Shown here: one piece after another, positions 24,016 through 30,283 of the stretch
Layout of the letters: every line of letters starts with the position of its first letter
Numbering within the stretch: the first letter of the stretch is position 1
The notes under the pieces: model-generated
What the model saw: the letters and a program-made list of their open reading frames with translations, nothing else
Database searches by the model: none
Told to the model about the DNA's origin: nothing
Made by a program: the position numbers and the translations under genes
From: a virus
Taxonomy: Duplodnaviria > Caudoviricetes
Direction: 5' to 3' (one strand)
Virus record (IMG/VR): IMGVR_UViG_3300040985_000156
Span: 1 to 30,283 of that record
Length of the DNA: 30,283 bases

Positions 24016-24849
24016 TTATTCAGTACAAGAAATTTTAACGATGCCAGCACCGTCGATTGAAACAGAACCAGCAGAGAACATTGAGCTAACCAAGAACGAT
24101 GTCTTTTCTGGGATATAGTTGACTTCGGTTTTCTGAGCCATTGACTCAGCATAGCCCATTGCGTCTTTGTGCCAGGCGAAACAAGTACGAGTTGAAGGCT
24201 TAGGAATACCACCCTCATCACGATCACCAACTGTCAAGATGTTGAATCCCATGAATGTGTTGATTTCACCTTGGACAAGAGCCTTTACAGAAGCAAAGTC
24301 TTGGCTTGTGATTTCAGTTTCACCGAGCAAAGAATCTAGCTGAGAAGCATGCATAAGCAAGTTACGACCTTCAGAAGGTACGTTCTTCTCATTCATTGCC
24401 TTCGCAGTAGCGCGAAGTTTTTCGATGTTCATGTTTGTAGCTGCACCACCAATGCTTGTTGCAACGGCTGTTGTGCCGGTAGCAGCATTCAGAGCATCAA
24501 TCATAATCTGGTCCATGCGACGAGCAATAGACTTAGATACAACTTGAACCAATTCAGAACGCTCATCGAAGTTGATGTGTGACTGTTGGAAAATGTCTGA
24601 GTATTCCGCAGCAATGTAATCTTCCATTGTCGCAGTTACTTGGCCATATGTTACGTTAAGCGGTGTAACATCGGTTTGTGGTACGCGCAAAGTTGCTACG
24701 CCCTTACCGATTGTTGGGAACTTAACTGTGTTACCGGCTACGCCAGTACGAGTCCGCATTGTGCCGCGAAGCACAGATTCGGCTTGATACGCTTGCTTGA
24801 CCTCAGAATCGAAGAGATCAACAAAAGCTGTTGATACGTTAATCGCCAT
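24016..24849 (-). CDS. Major capsid protein
   Basis: MAINVSTAFVDLFDSEVKQAYQ, VKFPTIG, ARRMDQI and ALVQGEINTFMGF. GAGG RBS. Follows the scaffold gene. Confidence 0.92.
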   Translation of the reverse strand: MAINVSTAFVDLFDSEVKQAYQAESVLRGTMRTRTGVAGNTVKFPTIGKGVATLRVPQTDVTPLNVTYGQVTATMEDYIAAEYSDIFQQSHINFDERSELVQVVSKSIARRMDQIMIDALNAATGTTAVATSIGGAATNMNIEKLRATAKAMNEKNVPSEGRNLLMHASQLDSLLGETEITSQDFASVKALVQGEINTFMGFNILTVGDRDEGGIPKPSTRTCFAWHKDAMGYAESMAQKTEVNYIPEKTSFLVSSMFSAGSVSIDGAGIVKISCTE

Positions 24850-24980
24850 TAGCAAAACCTCATTTTGCGTTTCTATTAAACGCTTCCGTTATCCGAGGTT
24901 TCGGGCGGTCGCTTGCGCGTTATGGCCGCGCCAACCAGTAGATTACTACATCTAACGGGCCGAGCGCGGTTAGCCGTTAA
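24850..24980 (-). ncRNA. Structured 5' leader of the major capsid gene
   Basis: Five consecutive stem-loops on the minus strand between the promoter and the RBS (see findings). Confidence 0.6.
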
Positions 24981-24984
24981 AGGC

Positions 24985-25013
24985 AAAATACACGCAAGCG
25001 ATACTTATTGCAA
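24985..25013 (-). promoter_or_regulatory. Candidate sigma70 promoter for the capsid gene
   Basis: Minus strand TTGCAA, 17 bp, TATTTT, just downstream of the scaffold stop. Confidence 0.6.
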
Positions 25014-25017
25014 GACT

Positions 25018-25782
25018 TTAAGAGTTTTGCTGTGACTGAAACCATTTCTGTTCCATCTGGGTGCGCCATGCAGCATCGCTTTGCCAGCGCGGATCAGAGA
25101 TAGCAGTGTTAAGATCTTGCTTTGTCATGCTGGACTGCTGAACTGTAGGCTTGATAGGGATGTTCTCATTCGTAATCGCCTGGTGATACTTCAAAAATGC
25201 GTTGATAGCATCGGCATTATTCAGAGAATACGCTATAGCTTCACGCTCAGAGGGATTTAAAGGAGCCTTCATAAGCACTCGCTCTGTCATCTGGATCTTC
25301 TCAGAGGCATTTGCCCCAAGCTTTTCCATCTCCGCACGTTGATCGTACTGTACGCTTTCTTGCGCATCCTTAGATAGAGCTAAGACACGACCCGCCAGAT
25401 CCTCGAAAGCACCCTGGCTAATCCCATTCTCTTTAGCCCAATCCTGATATACGGCGACAGTCGGATCTTCAGAGTCCAAACCCTGATCCGCAAGTGCAGA
25501 TACATCATACTCTTCCGGTGCTTTATGTTTGCCGGACTTAAACTTCTTTTCAAGCTCCGCATAGCTTTTTGCAAGCTTTTCAACATCAGGTCCATCCTCA
25601 TCCCAAAACTTCTCAGGGTAATACTCTGGACGCTCTAACGGTCCATCATCGCTTGCAGCCTTCTCTTCACCTGGAGGCTGTTCGTGAACTGCAACAGGTG
25701 CGTCCTCTTGAGGAGCCTCTGGTTCTAGCACGTTAATCATTGGGCCATCAGCCGCTACTTCTTCTGCCATTGCTTCAGCCAT
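25018..25782 (-). CDS. Capsid assembly scaffolding protein
   Basis: Acidic, with RPEYYPEKFW, LAKSYAELEKK, APEEY and a C-terminal DPRW..D. Lies between portal and MCP. Confidence 0.85.
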   Translation of the reverse strand: MAEAMAEEVAADGPMINVLEPEAPQEDAPVAVHEQPPGEEKAASDDGPLERPEYYPEKFWDEDGPDVEKLAKSYAELEKKFKSGKHKAPEEYDVSALADQGLDSEDPTVAVYQDWAKENGISQGAFEDLAGRVLALSKDAQESVQYDQRAEMEKLGANASEKIQMTERVLMKAPLNPSEREAIAYSLNNADAINAFLKYHQAITNENIPIKPTVQQSSMTKQDLNTAISDPRWQSDAAWRTQMEQKWFQSQQNS

Positions 25783-26032
25783 TGTTTGACCTTCCTATTC
25801 TTTTTTCAATCATGCGAACCATTTCAGCCATGCCTGTTCTGACATAACCGAAACTCGCATCTTCACCTGGAATCCAAGTCGGTTGCTCAATCGTAACACT
25901 TCGCAAGTGACTCAGCACACGTTGCCCCTCAGTGCTTTTAAAGACCTTCCCATACAGGATATCTATATCAGCAGCCTTTGGGGCTTCGCTTGTCGCTTGG
26001 GTTAAACCTTCCCACCCATCGGGTGAACTCAT
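25775..26032 (-). CDS. Bbp19-like small head-module protein
   Basis: Y.KVF...EGQRVL..L.......P...G......G...MV..I pattern, immediately after the portal. Confidence 0.7.
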   Translation of the reverse strand: MSSPDGWEGLTQATSEAPKAADIDILYGKVFKSTEGQRVLSHLRSVTIEQPTWIPGEDASFGYVRTGMAEMVRMIEKRIGRSNNG

Positions 26033-27591
26033 TGCATCGCCTCCATTGTTGCTCCACCATCGTTAGCAGCAGGTGGCCCTTCTTCGGCCATTGCTTGTTC
26101 CTGCATCTGTTGCATCATCATTTCTTGCTCTTCCGGTGTGGTGAGCAATTCTTGTTTGATGTTCATTTTTTGCGCAATAAAAGCGGTAATCCTTGGGATC
26201 GACAGAGCCATCTGACCTTGCGGACCTAGAGAGTTAGCGATCTGCATGAACTGCACAATGTCATTAACCTCTTGAAGCTTCTGTGCTTGTGCGAGAGGCG
26301 CGACCGGTGTGACCTTAACCTCAACTCCGTTTACCTTGAGCGGTAGGTCGATGTAGCCAGCCTGATCCATCACGTAGAGAACGCGAGAAACCAAAGGAAC
26401 CATCGTTTCGTCAATCAATCGACCGAACGCAGAACCAAGATTGGACGCCAATTCGCGTGACCTTTCCGCAATCTCAGTAGCAGAACGAGCAGACATGTTG
26501 TCAGGCGGCAGCGTATCATCCATCAGGATCTTCTTGATGCTCATACGCAGATCATTCATTACGATCTGGCTTGTGTTGAAGTCACCGGCACGAGGCAATG
26601 GTGACAAAGATGGACCTTGTGCGCCACCGTTACGAGCAACACCAATGATTGCACCTGGCTGGATCTTGACGTTCTGAGGATTCAGAACCCCGTCATCAGC
26701 AGCAGTATAGACGCCAGAGATAGACAGGGAGGCGTTCTTCAACACCAACTCGACAGTCTTGTTCAGCGTCTTGATATCAGCAATCGCAGTAACCAGTGGG
26801 CCACGACCGTAGATCTCACCGGCAACCTTCATGTAACGCGCCACGATAAATGGCGAGGACTTCATGTTGCGGTAAACAAGCTCTTGTTTCTTGCCAGGCC
26901 AGATAACGTGGTAACAATAGATTGCACGTTCGTAGTCGTAGATCACCGCGTCCATCAGATCTATCTCTTTAGATGGTGAACGTGATATCGCCTCTGCTAA
27001 TTCTGGCGTGATTGTAGCGTCTGGATACTCTTGTGGTATTGCTTCAGCCTTCATGCGGATCTTGCGATACACATTATCGACGTTACCGAACGAGCCTTCT
27101 TCAATCGACACAAGGTACTGAGGGATCGGCGTAAAGCGAATGGGAGTAGCTTCATCACCTGGCGTAACCATCATAACGGCCGTACCAACACATAGGTCCA
27201 GCAAGAACTCACCCATTGCCAGGTCGAAGTTAGTCTGGCGCATAACCTCAAACATACGTGTAGTATATGCGTCTAACGCAGCTTGAGCCTGTGGAGTATT
27301 GGCTTCCGGAATACCGCTGCCAGTTTCCAAACGACACCACTGCTTTTGTGGCGGGAACAAACCGGCTTGGATACGGTTGGCAAAACGCTGCGTTGCAGAG
27401 ATAGCTGTGGAATCAAACACGCGACCCATCTTGCGTTGACCAGCAGTGCCGCCATCATAGTTGCCATCATACATGTTACGCTGTGGCAGAGCGAACTCAT
27501 AGCAATCTTCATAGATAGAGCGCCACTGATCCTTGCGGGATTGGGCCTTGGCCTCACGCTCCATGATATCTCTTACGTCTAGCCGAGCCAT
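26029..27591 (-). CDS. Portal (head-to-tail connector, T7 gp8-like)
   Basis: FDSTA, GTAVM, PFIVARY...GEIYGRGP and SATEI.ER motifs, Gln-rich C-terminus. Confidence 0.95.
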   Translation of the reverse strand: MARLDVRDIMEREAKAQSRKDQWRSIYEDCYEFALPQRNMYDGNYDGGTAGQRKMGRVFDSTAISATQRFANRIQAGLFPPQKQWCRLETGSGIPEANTPQAQAALDAYTTRMFEVMRQTNFDLAMGEFLLDLCVGTAVMMVTPGDEATPIRFTPIPQYLVSIEEGSFGNVDNVYRKIRMKAEAIPQEYPDATITPELAEAISRSPSKEIDLMDAVIYDYERAIYCYHVIWPGKKQELVYRNMKSSPFIVARYMKVAGEIYGRGPLVTAIADIKTLNKTVELVLKNASLSISGVYTAADDGVLNPQNVKIQPGAIIGVARNGGAQGPSLSPLPRAGDFNTSQIVMNDLRMSIKKILMDDTLPPDNMSARSATEIAERSRELASNLGSAFGRLIDETMVPLVSRVLYVMDQAGYIDLPLKVNGVEVKVTPVAPLAQAQKLQEVNDIVQFMQIANSLGPQGQMALSIPRITAFIAQKMNIKQELLTTPEEQEMMMQQMQEQAMAEEGPPAANDGGATMEAMQ

Positions 27592-27595
27592 TTAC

Positions 27596-27868
27596 TTATC
27601 CTTTTTTGTGACGATTGGCGAAGTTACGCGCCGCATCAACAGATCCAAAACCCCATGCTTTCAAGGCTAATGCCTTGCGGGTTGGTTCACCCTTATCATC
27701 CTTCATCGGACCTTTCATTCCAGCGAACCTAGCAGCAAAGCTAACACGCCGAGGATTGGTCCCTGTCTTTACAGGAGACTTTAGATTGCCTCCGTCTTTC
27801 TTTTCAAAGTGCTTGCGGCCAGCTTCATTGAGGCCACCCGCAGGGTTTTGAAACGCTTTCTTAACCAT
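27596..27868 (-). CDS. Basic conserved phage protein (DUF6321-like)
   Basis: GGLNEAGRK...NLKSPV...PRRVSFAARF.GMKGPMKD..G.PTRKALALKAW. Confidence 0.75.
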   Translation of the reverse strand: MVKKAFQNPAGGLNEAGRKHFEKKDGGNLKSPVKTGTNPRRVSFAARFAGMKGPMKDDKGEPTRKALALKAWGFGSVDAARNFANRHKKG

Positions 27869-27872
27869 GATA

Positions 27873-27995
27873 TTACTTCTTGGCTTTAGGCTTCGGTGTT
27901 TTCTTAGGTGCAACAACCTTAACTGGTGCAGCCTCCTTTACCATTACTGGCTTGGGACGGTTGTGAATGCGGGTGTCAGATTTAATTTGAGTCAT
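27873..27995 (-). CDS. Small Lys/Pro-rich peptide (40 aa)
   Basis: MTQIKSDTRIHNRPKPVMVKEAAPVKVVAPKKTPKPKAKK, with GGAAGG upstream. Fills the gap and is below the track cutoff. Confidence 0.6.
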   Translation of the reverse strand: MTQIKSDTRIHNRPKPVMVKEAAPVKVVAPKKTPKPKAKK

Positions 27996-28006
27996 GTTGC
28001 GCCTTC

Positions 28007-28366
28007 CTAAGTAAATAAAAGTTTCATTTTCTTGGCCATAGTCCCAGCAGCTTCATACTTTTTGCGCTGGGCCTGACCTTTCTTTTTACGAGCAGCAAGC
28101 TTTGCAGCCTTACGTGCAGCCACTTGCTCTGCAACCGTTGGGCCGCGAGGTGCAACAGCACCCCTAGTGTTCCTATCTCTGGTCTGGCGATCAAACTTTG
28201 CGTAATCGGCAGCAGCCTGTTTTGATTTTGCGGTTTTTGCAGCAGCGCCAGGCCCAGGAAGATAAGTGCCGCCACCAAGAGTTATCTTAATGGCCCTTCC
28301 AACAGACGCTATATCAGACTTAATCTGCTGGACCGGCGTTTTCCCCTTACTCCATTCTTGAGGCAT
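28007..28366 (-). CDS. Basic hypothetical protein
   Basis: 119 aa, K/R/A-rich, TAATG overlap. Confidence 0.7.
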   Translation of the reverse strand: MPQEWSKGKTPVQQIKSDIASVGRAIKITLGGGTYLPGPGAAAKTAKSKQAAADYAKFDRQTRDRNTRGAVAPRGPTVAEQVAARKAAKLAARKKKGQAQRKKYEAAGTMAKKMKLLFT

Positions 28367-28614
28367 TACTTGCCACCTCCAAGCTTATTGGTAGTCGCCT
28401 GATCCGGACCCTCCATACGAGCAGGAGAGAACAGCAAGCGCAAGCCACCGGTACGGCGCAAACGGCGGCGCTTCTGTGCGCCCTTCATCTCTGCCTTCTC
28501 CGAAGACTCAGCACGTTCCTCAGAACGAGCCGTTGCCGCAGAAGCAGCATTGGCCGACTCGACTTGAGCTACCGTCTTGGCTGGAGCCGATCCACCACCA
28601 AAAATACCTGACAT
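28366..28614 (-). CDS. Small virion-associated protein (T7 gp6.7/7.3-like position)
   Basis: MSGIFGGG N-terminus, RRR...G.R.L and C-terminal LGG, typical of pre-portal small ejected proteins. Confidence 0.65.
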   Translation of the reverse strand: MSGIFGGGSAPAKTVAQVESANAASAATARSEERAESSEKAEMKGAQKRRRLRRTGGLRLLFSPARMEGPDQATTNKLGGGK

Positions 28615-28615
28615 A

Positions 28616-29095
28616 TCAAAACCTCACCATCATGTAGTAGTCGGCCCCATCCGGACCATACTTTCTCATAACACTTTCTACCTCAAAACGCAGTGCTTTG
28701 GCAAACCTAAATGCGGTATCGTTATTGACGTTTACGCACATCTGTAACCTTTTTATGCTATAATCCCCGATTGCAGCATCGCTTAACTGACGTGCAGCCC
28801 TTATAACCGATATCGCATGACGGTCTATCTCTTGTCCAGGGATCAACCACATCTCTGATACGCCATCCCAGAACGGTCTAATGCCAAAAGCCGCTATGAC
28901 CTTGCCTCTACCGATACCAGCCCAGCTTGTTCCAACTGCCGCATGGTCCCAGACATAATCAATATAGTTTGGAATCACGTCTACGAAGTCGCTGTTTTCT
29001 TTTTTAAGCTTTATTCTGGTGAGGTGATCGTAAGTTAGCGGAACGATATGCTCATCGTGACCCATTCGCACCTGTGGAAGTTGAACAAGTGCCAT
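28616..29095 (-). CDS. GNAT-fold acetyltransferase-like protein
   Basis: GVSEMW, RLQMCV......A.RFAKALRFEVESVMRKYGPDGADYYMM. Confidence 0.75.
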   Translation of the reverse strand: MALVQLPQVRMGHDEHIVPLTYDHLTRIKLKKENSDFVDVIPNYIDYVWDHAAVGTSWAGIGRGKVIAAFGIRPFWDGVSEMWLIPGQEIDRHAISVIRAARQLSDAAIGDYSIKRLQMCVNVNNDTAFRFAKALRFEVESVMRKYGPDGADYYMMVRF

Positions 29096-30283
29096 CAGAA
29101 TACATCAAAATCTGTGCTGGCGTTGAAGGTCTGGCCACCGGCAAAGCTATTTCCGTAGGTTCCACGCCGCAATCGACGTTGCTCACCACCACCAAGCATC
29201 AGATATCCGAACGCATCCCCACAGTGGGAGTGTTCATTCTTCACCGGCGCGTCTTTAAAGCGATCCTGCCCAGCGCCCATAGAGACACGCTTGAAGAAAT
29301 AGCCACCGCTCAGAGATTTCCGCAACCGCAAGCACTTCTTGCTCACAAGCAAACCTGGCTTACCACCGACCAGCCGGTTCATAGGCGCAGCAGCAGCTTC
29401 ACGCCTTACATTGAAAGCGTTGCTATCTGTTGGTTGCGCCCGAAACCCAATAGATTGTAGGTGATCGAACGCTGTAACCTCATAGATCTCATCGCGTTTG
29501 TTACCAGCAGGATCTCCCCAGATCTGAACTTCAGCCTTATTAAAGCTTGCCGCGATCTTGGCTATTAACTCCTGCCCGAAACGCTCAAGGCCCATATCAA
29601 ACGTGACCAACTCATCTAGGATCTTCCAGGCACCACCGGATGTTCTCTGGCCAAAGATAGCAGCAGGGGTCAAACCAAAGTCAACGCCGATCTGTAGCGG
29701 GTATTGTGGGTCATACTTCACATCAGTAGACATCATTTCGTCGTCATACTCAGGCCACACCGGTCTGCCCTCTTGGACAAACGTGTACTTGCCTTCAGCG
29801 TAACATCGAATCCAATCGGCGTTCTTGCCGCCCAGCATCTGTTGGTAATAACCATCCGGTAAATGTGTCTTGTTCTCAGCAGACGGATTAACCATCCACC
29901 ACTTGCCACCGGAAAATATAAAATCATTTGCCTCTGGGTTCTCAGGCAGATCCTTTGCCGCCACCTCCAGCACCCCACCAGGCTGTCGATGAAAGGTCCA
30001 AGGGAACCGGCCACCGATCGGGTTCTTCTCTGAAAGCTCATGCCACCAGTGATCCGCATCTGGCGGGTTGGTGTCCATGATAATGCCGTACCATGACGCA
30101 CCACCGTCTGATTTCGTAGGGTAACGCCCCACGCGGTGAGTTAATCCGTCGATCACAGCCTTCGGAAGCTCCCTAGCTTCGTTCACCCATGCGCCGGTAA
30201 GCTCAAGTGACAACAGCTTTCGCACATCTTGCGGCGTAGAAAGGGCCATGAATATAACTTCGCAGTCAATCCCAGGCGCGTTA
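29095..30283 (-). CDS. terL: Terminase large subunit (N-terminus beyond the right window edge)
   Basis: Walker B-like AWVNEARE, DTNPP coupling motif, nuclease GVDFG and H..DA..Y. The frame stays open to the window end. Confidence 0.95.
   Translation of the reverse strand, partial: NAPGIDCEVIFMALSTPQDVRKLLSLELTGAWVNEARELPKAVIDGLTHRVGRYPTKSDGGASWYGIIMDTNPPDADHWWHELSEKNPIGGRFPWTFHRQPGGVLEVAAKDLPENPEANDFIFSGGKWWMVNPSAENKTHLPDGYYQQMLGGKNADWIRCYAEGKYTFVQEGRPVWPEYDDEMMSTDVKYDPQYPLQIGVDFGLTPAAIFGQRTSGGAWKILDELVTFDMGLERFGQELIAKIAASFNKAEVQIWGDPAGNKRDEIYEVTAFDHLQSIGFRAQPTDSNAFNVRREAAAAPMNRLVGGKPGLLVSKKCLRLRKSLSGGYFFKRVSMGAGQDRFKDAPVKNEHSHCGDAFGYLMLGGGEQRRLRRGTYGNSFAGGQTFNASTDFDVF

Noticed and set aside
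24003-24030. T7-style capsid frameshift or readthrough into the next gene
   Set aside because: The downstream gene has its own AAGGAG RBS and ATG, and I see no convincing slippery heptamer.
1-30283. Prophage (integrase, att sites, flanking host genes)
   Set aside because: No integrase, CI-like repressor or host housekeeping genes in the window. Lifestyle cannot be determined from this fragment.

Overview
The window is about 30 kb of a tailed dsDNA phage, read as a marine podovirus-type genome with a T7/BPP-1/HTVC010P-like head-tail module. No RNA polymerase or integrase is visible. An AT-rich divergent control region (460-593) carries a perfect CtrA-type box and a 10-bp palindrome, which suggests an alphaproteobacterial host. 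It separates a leftward RHH regulator plus RusA from a rightward early operon (594-5640). That operon encodes an Ocr-like DNA mimic, Gp157, a Rad52-like annealing protein, HTH proteins and a shuffled array of small genes. The minus strand (30283 to 5761) carries terminase, portal, scaffold, major capsid, tail tubular A/B, internal virion proteins, four fibre/RBP genes with two chaperones, and an unusually large lysis-linked cassette. The most novel-looking elements are: (1) a four-gene exported/envelope module in the lysis region, whose lipoprotein and secreted protein share a Cys-bounded domain; (2) two tandem structured RNA-like elements where the operons converge; (3) the CtrA-box switch; (4) the Ocr-like first gene; (5) a highly structured capsid leader; (6) repeat-bounded early gene cassettes. 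All family assignments come from motif recognition by eye, not database searches.
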